Assembly (NCBI RefSeq): GCF_006345805.1
Contig: NC_043018.1
Span: 29,698,001-29,762,000, forward strand
Length of the DNA: 64,000 nt
Origin: Octopus sinensis
Taxonomy: Eukaryota
Direction of reading: 5' to 3'
Below are positions 13,241 to 26,513 of the stretch, piece by piece. Made by a program: the position numbers and the translations under genes. Below the pieces are notes generated by a model. The model was given only the letters and a program-made list of their open reading frames with translations. It was not told the origin of the DNA and searched no databases. Numbering within the stretch: position 1 is the first letter of the stretch; each line of letters starts with the position of its first letter.

Positions 13241-14994
13241 CAATACCGTTATATGGTCGCTCTAAAATTTATTGTTCTGTGCTACACCTGAGCACTTCAT
13301 CCGTGTTTTGAACTTCTTCCATCTTTCCCAGGAATTTATGTCCGTTATTTCCCAAATTTTTACTGGATATCAATGTTTCAACCAACCACCTCAGTCACAC
13401 CGTTACCACTATGTTTTATAAGTTCTCTGACCACTACTACTATTTGGAATTTTCCTCCTCCTATCAAATATGCCATCCTTTATTCTTACTCTCTCTCTCT
13501 CTCTTTCTCCATCGTATGTGTAACTGGAACTACCCCCTTAGAGACCTGGCAAAAATACACCTCACCCATTCCCTTTATTTTGCAGTGAAATCTTCACTCA
13601 ACTCTAACCAACCCTCACTCAAGTCCGCCAAATCGACCGCAGATCTTCTCTTGCACCCCGCTCATCTCATTCCCAACTTCATTCTTTTTCTCTAATTTTC
13701 TTCCACTCAGTACTACTATCTATATATATATATCTCCCTCTGTCACCTCTTACATTAACTTCCTCCCATTCATTCCTGCGTGTTCGTACCTGATGAGTTC
13801 ATAGGGTTTTTTTTTCCTTTATCTCACAAAGAACTAAGAATACTTTGTGGGAGATGAACTAGTGCGGTCAAACACTCACACATACATATGCATACAAATT
13901 TATTCACAAAACACTCATACATAAACACGCGCACGCTTACACATTTACACACAGAGGACTCCACGATGCTGACAATTTCACATTCCTAATATGAATATAC
14001 ACACATCACCACAACCACAAGCATCACGATCATTTACATAGGCACATTTGTACCGTTCTTTTGTCTCCAAACATCCCATTAGCCAACCTTCCAGTCTCCA
14101 GTCATTCATTAGTTGACCTGCTTGTACAGAAACGCACGCATGGGCACACTCACAATGCATCATGAGTGAAAGAGACGTTTCTGCTTCCGCATGTAAGCAC
14201 ACAAAGGCATACATCCAGACACACTTTCACAAGCTCACACAAGAAATTACACACAGGGATTTCTCTATATTACATAATACACACAAAGCGTACATACCAA
14301 CGCATACATATACGCCAAAAAAATACACCACTGACACACAAACGACTTGTCCACATTGAATCATTTCACGACCATAATATATACGAACACGTGGATACAC
14401 ACACAAAGATGCACACATAACAGGGATACACAAAACACATACACATGCGGTCACAAATACTAACAAACGCACAACGCACAGCGAACTACACACACATAAA
14501 CTGCATTTCGAAATCCTTCATACATTAGCGCATTCATATAAACACATAGTAACACACACTAACACACATGTATTCTAGGCTTCGCGCTTCTATGTTTAAA
14601 CACACTATTCAGTTTCTCCTTCCAATTTCCGGTCAGTCAACGGTCAGCACAAAGCTCTTTCAAACGGATTGAAGTTCTTAACTTTTTCGTCATTTTCCTT
14701 CTTTCTTCTTTTATTTATTTATTTTTTCTTTCTTTCTTTTATCTACTTCGATATTTTTCTTCATTCTCATTTCTCATTTTTCTACTTTCTCCAGTTTTCT
14801 CTTTCCTTTCACAATCTGTAGAATGAAAATGTCAGAAACATTATCACAATTAACTCTTTACATTTCCTCGAGCAACAAGCTAATAATATTGATTGTGAAC
14901 TTATCCGCTCTTAATGATCATATCGTTTATTCATTCACCTTCTTTTTCTGCTATTTTATATCTTTGTTCTTCGTTCTCACACACCCCTTCTTGT

Positions 14995-15073
<79 letters not shown>

Positions 15074-16026
15074 TATATATATATATATACATATATATAT
15101 ACATATCGATAGATAGAGAGATGTACACATGCAGACACGCATATATATATATATATTTATACACATACACAGACATGTATATATATATATATATAATATA
15201 ATATATATATATATATATATATGCATATACATACATACAAATATGTATATGTGTGTGTAGATATAGTTATATATACATAAATGCACGTACACGCTCACAC
15301 ACACATAAATGTATGTATGTATATAATATGAATAGGACATGATAATTAGCATATATCAAAAATATAATATATAGTTAAATGCCATATTCATTATAAATTC
15401 TCAAATATTATGTGTATAATAATCTCAATCATAACATGTGTGAGTCGGATAAATTCTCAATAACATTACAGTTTACACCGATATTGCATTTGCCTTTCAT
15501 CCTTTCGAGGGCGATTAAAAGTAAGTACTAATTGATCATGGTGACTGATGTGTTCGATTTACTCCTCCCTTGTGCCAGATAGCCTTCTGTCAATTTTTAA
15601 ACCCAATAATATTACTGTTTGCGCTTGATGCATTATCAGAATCGTTAGATTGTCGGTTAATTTTTTTTTTAATTTTCCTTCTGGCCTCGTGTGTTCCGAT
15701 TTCATATTACAGCAAGGTCAAATTTGCGCTTTTCCCTTTCGGAATCATTCAAATATAGCTTCAGTCAATCTGTGGAATCTAGGCTAACGACCAAACTCAT
15801 CAACAATGGGGAGCGCACCGGACAAAATGCTTAGCGGCATTTTGAATACGAATGCCGTCGAGATCTATGTTCACATTCATCTAAAATAATTACAATAATT
15901 TCCAGTTAAACACTGAGATCGATTACATCGACTTCATCATCACCATCAGCTGCTAAACCTTTGTGTCTCAAATTCTGTACCTCGTAAGCTTTCATGACGT
16001 ATAAGTAATCATGCTCTCATCATTAA

Positions 16027-16373
<347 letters not shown>

Positions 16374-17073
16374 TCAGCATTTCACTTCAATGAGGCTCCA
16401 ATCCGTTTCAGATTTTATTCATTTTCTACTGAATTATCTGGAATAACATGAAATGAATTGCTTTGCACAAGAACACAACGCACGGCCCGGTCTGAAAATC
16501 GAAACCGCTACTCTGCAATCTTATGTGTATCACCCAAACCATTAGGCCACACAACTTTTCCCTCCCCTTAACCAATATATGCCCATAAAAAATTTTCACT
16601 GTATTTATATTAAATGCTATGGTAAGATTTCCCAATCTGGAAGAGAAGGACGGTATACAACGGTTAGCTATGGGTGTCGACTAGCTACTGAGGATTTCGT
16701 ATGCTCAGTCAGATGTTTCCTGGTAAGTGCAAACTCAGACACGTAGGAGCAGGTTTTGTGTTGCGAAAACGCAACCAGGAATATATATGGGTTAAAATTG
16801 ATAGTCTTCTACGTAAATTATAAGAGTTGAAAGAAGAGTGGCCTCTTCTTAGGATAATAGACTTCCTACTATAATTTTAGTCGTTTGGTAAGGAGGGAGT
16901 TTGGTGAAGGAGAGTAGAGGAGGTAGAGTTAGTAGACCAGAAGATAAAGACAAACAGACAATGAATGTTAGACAAAACATAATAGCGCCTATTTGTGAAT
17001 AGGCATCGTTAGTAAGGGACAATAGCGCTGGTCCAACCATAAAAATGGAATATATAAAAAGATATAAATTAAT

Positions 17074-17327
<254 letters not shown>

Positions 17328-17644
17328 TAAATGATAAGAAGCAGACAATAAAGAAGTATTAGATTTAACTCTGTATATGGGATCACAATTATTTTGTTTA
17401 AGCATTTTCGGTAAATCAAAAATAGTTCCCAAGTAATTACCAAAGATTGTTGACGAAATACACTCACGTGATTCAGTTTGCCATTACATAAATTATCAAT
17501 TGTTTCTTAATTCCAATATGTGTAACTTGACATTTTAAACGGAAACACTTTTCAAAGTTCATCCAAAATTTGGAACATTTTATGTTTAACCCAACAAATG
17601 AGGGTGAATGTCACGTTTGTATATGATCTTGCCAATGTATCTAT

Positions 17645-17683
<39 letters not shown>

Positions 17684-17734
17684 CGTGTGGTGTGTGTGTG
17701 TGTACTGATGTACGTCTAGGGTCTCTCTCTCTCT

Positions 17735-17791
<57 letters not shown>

Positions 17792-20471
17792 AATATAGTG
17801 TAGGCAAATGTATATGTATATAATATATGATGTCTATATATTTATTTACGTAAGTATGTATGTACATAAGGTCCGTCTATAGAAATCTATGATTGTGTCT
17901 CTGTATATGTATATATATATGTATATGTATATATATATATTAATATATCTATATATATTTAAGTGAATATTTATTGCTATGTATATATGTATATTATTAT
18001 ATGCCTTTGTCTATATATATAGATATATATATATATATATTCGTACATGTATGTGACTATATATAGGCTTAGTTTCCTATTGCCCTATCTTTATTATTTA
18101 TTTCGCTTTACACCACCGTTTGTGACATTTAACTATTTAGATAGATAGTCAGACCACCTGGAATATGATATTTCAAATTTATTTAGATACTAACAATGTT
18201 TATATGATATTTATGATTAAAAATATTTTTTAGTGTATCTAGCTATATTAAAATATATTTATGTATTTTAAACAATATGTTACTGAATGTATATTAATAT
18301 TGTTTTGCCATATATTTACCTTATATGCTTTAAACTCTCCCCATCTGCAATAGTAAATTATATTATTCTTAACCTCTATTTCAACTTATTCTCTGTTTTT
18401 TAGATTGTTGATCCTCTAATCTTTAATTTATTGTTATTCATATTTTACTGGTCGACATCAACTCCTATATTTCGTAAACTCTGTCTCTGTCTATTTCGAT
18501 TTAGCTTCACTTCATTACTATTTTCTTCTCACTTTTTCTCTTTTTTTATTTTACAATCATTTATTTTCTAATATTATCAACGATAAATATAATTATTTTC
18601 CTTTTCTTATACCAAAACTACTAATTATTTTTTTAATGTCTTAATAAATCTCCATTCTCTTCTTAGAAAACAGTCGTATTGATTTTATTCTTATTTACTT
18701 CCATACTTCTTAAGAATGCTTTTAAATATTCACTTATATCTTCAAACTGGGACAGCCCAGTCGGTAGAGTGTCGAAGAAAATGAGATATCGATCGTTTGT
18801 ATCCTGTACATATTGCATTGTTATGTCAAAGCATAAATTTTGAATTTTTCCTTTCCACCTAGTTTTAATAGTTGCATACAATTAACACTAAGGCAGTGAG
18901 TTAGCTTGTCGGACAAGATACTTAGCGGCGTTTTGTTTTCTAGCTCTTTACACTCTTTACACTCTGCGTTGTAATCCCGTCGAGGTCAACATTGCATTTC
19001 AAATTAAAAAGCAATCAAGTCCTGGGGTTGATGCATTCATTTCCACCCCACCTCAAAACTACTTCAACCCCGTAATTGAGATGCGTCCATTCAGGGGTAA
19101 TGTTGTGATTTCGGTCACTTATAAGTTATGGGAACCGAATAACTGGTCTTACATGTTCTCGGGTTTAGAAATAATGGTAGATAACATGAATTAATGGCTT
19201 ATTATTTAACACACTCAACGGTAAAATTTCCACTTATTTCTTATTTTTATTTTCCTAAAATTTTCGTTGCGTCTTGCGTCTGGAAATTTTAACGGTGAAT
19301 GTGTTAAATTATAAGGCACAAAAAGAAAATGACTCTCCCCAGACACAACAGAATATGCTTCAACACACGAACTCATATAAAGAATCTTGCAAACCAAATC
19401 CAAAAACGAAATATGAATTAATGGATAAAACAGTAATAATAAATGGATATTATCAATTAATTAATGTTATCAAGTAACATCATTTAGAAATTAATTAGAA
19501 AATGATTATGACACGTCTTCAGTTGGAAGTCTACTTGACGGAAGAGATGAGTCTGTTTACCATGAGTAGGTAAATATAAATAGGGCATTGCCAAAAGATT
19601 TCTTTCGTGGAGAAAAGGATTAGCTGAGAAATATTTCATGCGAATTTTAATTGGTTATACTTGATACCCGGTTTGCATGGGGTATAAGTGACTGGGATCT
19701 CGAAATTCTCCAGTTGCTGGGTGGGTTATTGGCCAGAAATTTTGAGGAGGGGTTGGCAAATCAATTACATCGTTCCTAGAACTTGACTTGTACCATATTT
19801 CATCTACCCTGAAGAGAAAGAAAACAAAGTTCACCTCAGCGGGATTTGAACTCAGAAGGCAAAGAGTTGGACGAAATGCTGCTGAGCATTTTGTCCAACT
19901 TGTAAGCGATTTTTCCCGCTCGCCACTTCAGTGCCTGAGTTTTTTGAAAGAATAATGAGAAGAGAAATGATTGGAGCATGGAGGGGCTTTTGGATGAATT
20001 GGTAGGTAGCGCTTTATCAAGAGTGTTTTTTGTAGTTGCATTAGGAATGACATGGAGGAAATGAGAATCTATTGTAGATTAATGAATGCAGTCTCGTTGA
20101 AGGACTTTTCGTCAATCAGTGTGATTGATATTTTTTTATTTAGCACAAGATGGCAGACTTAAAAATTGAGGATAACTAAATATATAGTTCTGTCCTAAAA
20201 TGGCTGTGGCTTTTGGTATTTTTACCTCTCTGTCTCCAAACAAAAGTCACGATTTTTTTTCTTTTGCATATGACTCTTCAAACTTAATTCTAGCCATTTA
20301 CATTCAAAATGATTCGTTTCCAAACGGTTTACACTAGCTGCAGATGAAGCGGCCATAGGATTTCTAAAATATTTCTGAGTAAAAGTGAAAGAAGTCTGTT
20401 TTGAATAACTCTCACCCTCCAGTTAATACGTTATATGAAGGATGAATATTCCGTGATTTGTTCACCCACAG

Positions 20472-20587
20472 CGGCTGAACAAATCACCAATTATGCTTAT
20501 AACACATCATCACCATTTCTAACCTATAAAACAAACGTACAAGAGTATGAAAAGGCCCGCTATAAAGACCAACCAGATCTCTTTTAA
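20472..20587 (+). CDS. Candidate terminal exon of an unidentified host gene (Tyr-rich tail)
   Basis: Acceptor TTGTTCACCCACAG then an open phase-1 frame AEQITNYAYNTSSPFLTYKTNVQEYEKARYKDQPDLF*; non-repetitive; no recognised homology. Confidence 0.2.
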
Positions 20588-20756
20588 ACCATTCATTGCA
20601 AAATTATACTTCAGGGTTATTTCAGTTATGGTGTTACGCATCTACTTAAAATAGGATTAATATTTTCTGCAAGTCGCGTAGCCTCATTAAATTTCACATA
20701 TGTCAACAGAAATTGTTTTCAAACCTATTTCTCAAAAAAAGATAGATTTGTATACA

Positions 20757-20917
20757 CAGGAGTGGCTGTGTGGTAAGTAGCTTGCTTACCAACCACATGG
20801 TTCCGGGTTCAGTCCCACTGCGTGGCATCTTGAGCAAGTGTCTTCTGCTATAGCCCCGGGCCGACCAATGCCTTGTGAGTGGATTTGGTAGACGAAAACT
20901 GAAAGAAGCCTGTCGTA

Positions 20918-20977
<60 letters not shown>

Positions 20978-21192
20978 TTGTGTGTCTGTGTTTGTCCCCC
21001 TAGCATTTGCTTGACAACCGATGCTGGTGTGTTTACGTCCCCGTCACTTAGCGGTTCGGCAAAAGAGACCGATAGAATAGATACTGGCCTTACAAAGAAT
21101 AAGTCCCGGGGTCGATTTGCTCGACTAAAGGCGGTGCTCCACCATGGCCGCAGTCAAATGACTGAAACAAGTAAAAGAGTAAAAGAAAAGAG
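20757..21192 (+). mobile_element. Full-length composite tRNA-derived SINE with internal microsatellite
   Basis: Head AGGAGTGGCTGTGTGGTAAG...GGTTCAGTCCC; CTTGAGCAAGTGTCTT core; (TA)n(TG)n centre; tail GGCCGCAGTCAAATGACTGAAAC(AAGTAAAAG)n; homologous to 3838-4204. Confidence 0.88.
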
Positions 21193-21986
21193 TATACAAA
21201 ACTGTTTGATGTAATTAAGAATAGTCAAAGTTTGAATGGAAGCTCTGCTTTCTACAGTTAACCGGTTAAATCAATAGCACTCGACTTAAACTTGTTCAGA
21301 TCTGAATAATGAAATGCCATATATTTCGAGAGAGATTTGATGGTCACCGCTGGGATGATGCTTCTAGTAGGTTACGAAATCTCAAAAGACTTCAAATAAC
21401 AATGTCGTGTGATAAGACAACGCTGTGTCCGACTTTCACTATTATCTTAACATTTTGTTTTTAGCTTTGCATTTCTATATTTTTGTGTTTCTTTATCTTT
21501 TCTTGTTTCTAATATAAATTCTATTAATGAACTAGTAATAATTACAAACTTAATTAGACATTTGATAATTAAAATTTATCGAACATAACTTAGAGAAATT
21601 ACTTTTAATTTTGTTATTTCCCTTGCTCCTCTATTTTCTCATCGCTTTTGTCAATTTTCATTATAAACGCATAATTACACATGGGACACATTGAGATAAA
21701 AATCATACATGTACATACAAACATACACACGCACTGAAATTCAAATACAAAACATACACATCGACTAAAAACGCATGCAAAGACACAGAGATGAGGAATA
21801 AGTAGAGAAATATACGTTGTAGGTGTGGTTTCCTAATGAAAACTGAGGGATCAATACCTCTGTAAATTTATAGGTTCATTGTGGTGGGGAAAAAAATGTG
21901 TGTTCCACATTGACACGTATATTCATCTATTCTTCACTGCGGATATTGTACCGGCGATATACAATAATTATATCCATCTATCTACC

Positions 21987-22062
<76 letters not shown>

Positions 22063-22346
22063 TATATGTATATATATATATATATACGTTTTGTATATAA
22101 GTATTTATATATATGTAAGCGTGTGTGTGTATTTATATACGCATATATATATTATATATGTATATGTACATATTATATATGCATGTATATATATATGTGT
22201 GTGTGTGTGTATGAGTGTGTAAATATAATATATATATATATAATACATATAGTAAAAGACTTTTTCTATTCCTGAGTGTTATACTATTACATCTGTCTGT
22301 TTTATACACCACCTGTCTTCGTAAACTGTCCCAAAATATATATACG

Positions 22347-22412
<66 letters not shown>

Positions 22413-22559
22413 CAAAATAAGCAACAATGATACCCGTAGGTAATGCACTACGATCGTTTCATGTAACTCCATTTAATTGAACAATGCAATCATTACATCA
22501 ATTTAAAATTCGGCATGTTTAAACCTCTTCGTCCAGGACCATTGTGAAACCAATAACAT

Positions 22560-23495
22560 AATCACAGCAGAACAAGCATCTCGGAAGGAGGAAGTCTGGG
22601 GTTGTGCCGAGCAATTTTTAATTCACAAAACTGTGATGCCAAAGGTGAGAGAACATAGGAGAAAGCTAGTTTTAATACGGCTAGACTACACGAAAGCCTT
22701 TGATTCTGTTCCGCACTCATGGATATCACCCACATCATAAGCAGTTGTACGAAAATGTCATCGCGGTATTATCTGCCGATGAGACGTGATGCAGTAGCTA
22801 CGACACACAATAATGAAATCTGTCGGAGTTGTTACCACGAGGACAAATAAATAAGAACCCACAGTGTGGTAGAAGTCATAGGCCCTAATAAAAAGAAGTA
22901 CTGGGGGAATGTCCCAGTGAAGAGCTCAATAACATGTAATCACGACAGACCTGATATAATGATTTCAGATGGAGAAGAAAAACTGTGTAGAGTTGTGGCA
23001 GTAATTAGCTGCCCCAGGGGATGTTGGCAAAAAACTGAAAATCGGTGAAAAAGAGAATATTTACGCTGAACTATTGAGAAATCTGCAGTTACTCAATCCA
23101 GATTAGAAGTTCTGGTTTATACCTGTAATAATTGGGGCCTGGGATATGTAACACACTGCCTAAATACCAATTTTGATAAATTAGTCTTCTCAATAAACTT
23201 TCTCTGAAAGGATAAAGCTAATTCGAAGACTACAGTTCCAATCTATCACTGGCATTGTAAAAATCTGTAAAACTTACCAGTTTATCATTTAAATATATAT
23301 GAGCATGTCACGATATGCAACTATATATATGCATGAGAATACATACATAAAACATACATGCATGCATACATACATACATACATACAAAAATGCCCTGTTG
23401 TTGATGTTAACATTTCAATGAAGGAGCCTTGAATTTATTTTAGAAACCAGCTTTTCTCTATTCGTAATATATATTTAAATAAAACTGAACAATGG
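22560..23495 (+). mobile_element. R4/Dong-like (RLE-type) non-LTR retrotransposon relic, internally deleted
   Basis: RT motif LDYTKAFDSVPHSWI (22681-22725); RLE motif NHDRPDIMISD...VISCP (ORF 22866-23048) followed by FIPVIIGA; 3' region runs into (CATA)n. Confidence 0.75.
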
Positions 23496-23609
23496 CATAC
23501 ATACATACATGCATGCATGCATACATACATACATACATACATATATGCATACATACATACATACATGCATACATACATGCATACATGCATACATTCATGC
23601 ATACATGCA

Positions 23610-23642
<33 letters not shown>

Positions 23643-23791
23643 GCATACATACATACATACATACATACATACATACATGCATACATGCATACATTCATGC
23701 ATACATGCATACATACATACATGCATGCATACATACATACATGCATGCATACATACACACATACACACATGCACACATACATACATACATA
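23496..23791. repeat. (CATA)n/(CATG) microsatellite
   Basis: Direct reading. Confidence 0.95.
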
Positions 23792-23901
23792 CAAAATGCC
23801 ATGTTGTTGATGTTGAAATTCCAATGAAGGAGCCTTGAATTTATGTTAGAAACCGGCTTTTCTTTATTTACAAAATATCTTTCAATAAAACTGAACAATG
23901 A
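23792..23901 (+). mobile_element. Second 110 bp 3'-terminal block of the R4/Dong-like family
   Basis: Diverged copy of 23385-23495; (CATA)n on both sides. Confidence 0.7.
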
Positions 23902-24030
23902 CATATATACATACATACATACATACATACATACATACATACATACATACACGCATACATACAGACTTACAAACAAATATGTGTATATTCATAAATTAAA
24001 AAAGAAAACAATAAAAATCTACACATCTAC

Positions 24031-24052
24031 TGACGTCAAGATTGTGACGTCA
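24031..24052. promoter_or_regulatory. Pair of perfect CRE palindromes (TGACGTCA x2)
   Basis: TGACGTCA at 24031-38 and 24045-52, 6 bp apart; function untested. Confidence 0.3.
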
Positions 24053-24646
24053 GATGTACATTCATCGTTCTGAAACGTGTGAAAATCTGTTCATTATTTA
24101 TGCATGCCAGTATGGTGGCATAAACTTGTTCATATTTATATGTATGCGCGTTGGGCTAGTGCGTATGTGTCTATGTATGCGTGAGTGTGTATGTGTATGT
24201 ATGTGCATGTGTGTGTGTGTGTGTGTGTTTGTGTGCCATATTCTTAAGGCAGGCTCTGAGAAGTGGGATTGCATGAACGTGCATCATAAAAGACTATGGA
24301 CTGTCATAATACAACGATAAAGGCAAATTATGGAAACTTTCTTGAGCCGATATATCCAACTGTTTCATGAGGAATTAAGACATTTATTGCGCTCCACACT
24401 ACAATAGAGGAAGATATTACGCCGATGAATTGTGTGTTTGTACATATATATATATATGTTACATAATGTTATATATAAGTATATATACATGTGTGTATAT
24501 ATATATATATATTTATGTACGTTTATATATATATATATATATACATGTGTGTAGATATATATGTATATGTAAATATATATATACACACACACAAACATAT
24601 ATAAATACACATATTTAAATAAGTATATAGATAGTCAGGTAGATAG

Positions 24647-24719
<73 letters not shown>

Positions 24720-25163
24720 TAATATATAATATATATATGCATATATGTACCGAAACATAGATACATGTGTGTGTCTATATACATATGTGTATATATATAT
24801 AAATATATATGTGTGCGTGTGTGTGCGTGTGTGTGTGTATGTATGTATGTATATATGGGCGTGTATATGTATGTGTGTGTGTGTGTGCCTGTGCGTATGT
24901 GTTTAAGTTTGTGCGTGCGTACATATTTGTATGCATTTACGTGTGCGTGTACATTATTCTTGTAACAACATTGAGATTAACTTGGGCACAGTTTCTTATT
25001 TCACTTATCAAATATACATAATAATCGTAGATAACCATTCTGCTTTCCTGCTTCACATAATATCCAGTTCTCTGCCTCCTGACATTATACAAAGTTGTAT
25101 AATTATATGTTCGTATGTATGAATGCGCGTATTTTCAGATATATATATATATATATATATATA

Positions 25164-25561
25164 TACTAGCAGTATCGCCCGGCGTTGCTCGGGTTTGTAA
25201 GGGAAATAACTATAAAGCGTTTTTAGAGAGTTATAGCAAAAAAATAGCAAAAAAATGCATTAAAAATGGAAAAAAAATTATGGTAATTTTTTTTTTAATC
25301 GTTGACTCATCATAGACATTTTTAGAGAGTTACTTCCCTTATATAATAGCGGTAAAAATGCATTAAAATGGAAAAAAATGATGGTAAATTATTTTTAAAA
25401 TCGTAGACTGATCGTAGACGCGTGCTAATACCCAGAAGGGCTCGATATGAATCACGACTATAAGATACCCGCTTTTGGTTAAACTGCACCGCAAAATGTG
25501 GGAGTAGTTAGGAATCTAAATCGTAGGAGACAGACACACAACTTCACTTTTATATATAAAG

Positions 25562-25563
<2 letters not shown>
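25164..25563 (+). mobile_element. Non-autonomous Helentron-associated element (HINE/DINE-1-like)
   Basis: Start TACTAGCAGTATCGCCCGGCGTTGCTCGGG (hairpin CCCGG..CTCGGG); internal ~110 bp tandem duplication; end ACAGACAC...TTTTATATATAAAGAT; in AT-rich flanks. Confidence 0.7.
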
Positions 25564-25611
<48 letters not shown>

Positions 25612-26436
25612 CCAAATGAAAGAAGGGTTAAGGATGCGGGCGAATAAATTATAAGCTCTGTGATTTAGAACGAGCAAATCTGGCTAAAATGATATAAAAT
25701 GATGTACAAAGTCACATGATCTGTAGTTTAACATATCGTCACCGGTCCAATTTCTGAATCCAGGCAAGTAAAATCGGTATCGAGTTACAGGGCATCATAG
25801 AGAATGGACAAAGGTAGTGGAAATAATATTAATATATTCATGCTTGGCTGGAATAAAATGCATGAATTTCTACTACCTCTGTGCCCAATGGAGTTACAGT
25901 TACGCAAGATTTCACATGTTTTCTGTTATTTTGTCCTAAATTAATTGCACGTAATGGGCTTTCTGAAATTATAGGGGCGACAAGGATTGTAGTTCTTGAA
26001 TTCGTTTCTTTTTCCTCGTTCCATATTTTGCACCAACCTCCACGTTTATTCCACATTTTTCTTATTTTCTTATTGTCCAACGTCCTTGTTCTTTCTGAAT
26101 GATTGCTTTAAAATACATTGCATATTTTATTCAAGTATCATATTAGTATGAAACTAGTAGTAGCTTTCCGATTGTGTTTTTGATTTTATATATATATATA
26201 TATTGGACCTTTCCTTTTTCTATGTTTCTGACGAAGTTCCTGCAATAAACCAACGGATAGCAACAGGTAATCGAAACTGTGCCGCTGCTTTACTCATCCT
26301 CTAATTGTACATTTTATATAATTTCTCCATTATATACATAAGTTCAGCAAAATTTAGATTCAAATGAATATGGTTAGATGCACCAGAATTCTGTATGGTG
26401 TTATCCATATAAATCCATGAGGTGATTATAATCAAA

Positions 26437-26513
26437 ATAAGCAACAAGAATAACTTCGGTAATCTGTAGAGCGAAACGATCGTACCAAATTACCGAAGTT
26501 ATTCTTGTTGCTT
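26437..26513. repeat. Short fold-back centred on a hammerhead 3' half (GAAAC-GATC-GTA)
   Basis: 27 bp perfect arms ATAAGCAACAAGAATAACTTCGGTAAT / ATTACCGAAGTTATTCTTGTTGCTTAT with a 25 nt spacer; related sequence at 22410-22465 on the minus strand. Confidence 0.7.

Noticed and set aside
13791-13850. CTGATGA followed by a GTTC/GAAC stem
   Set aside because: No GAAA, NUH or stem I downstream.
16645-16730. Possible exon ending at a strong CTG/GTAAGT donor (..YGCRLATEDFVCSVRCFL)
   Set aside because: No convincing acceptor or homology; could be chance.
18663-18881. 72 aa minus-strand ORF (DTNDRYLIFFDTLPTGLSQFEDISEYLKAF) that looks protein-like
   Set aside because: No family recognised and splice signals weak; needs BLASTx or RNA-seq.
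23815-23865. CCAATGA...GAAAC in the R4/Dong-like 3' block
   Set aside because: G5 absent, no stem III/NUH, stem II unpaired in both copies.
26228-26285. CTGACGA...CCTG/CAGG...CGAAAC
   Set aside because: Followed by GCC rather than NUH and no stem I; at most a decayed relic.
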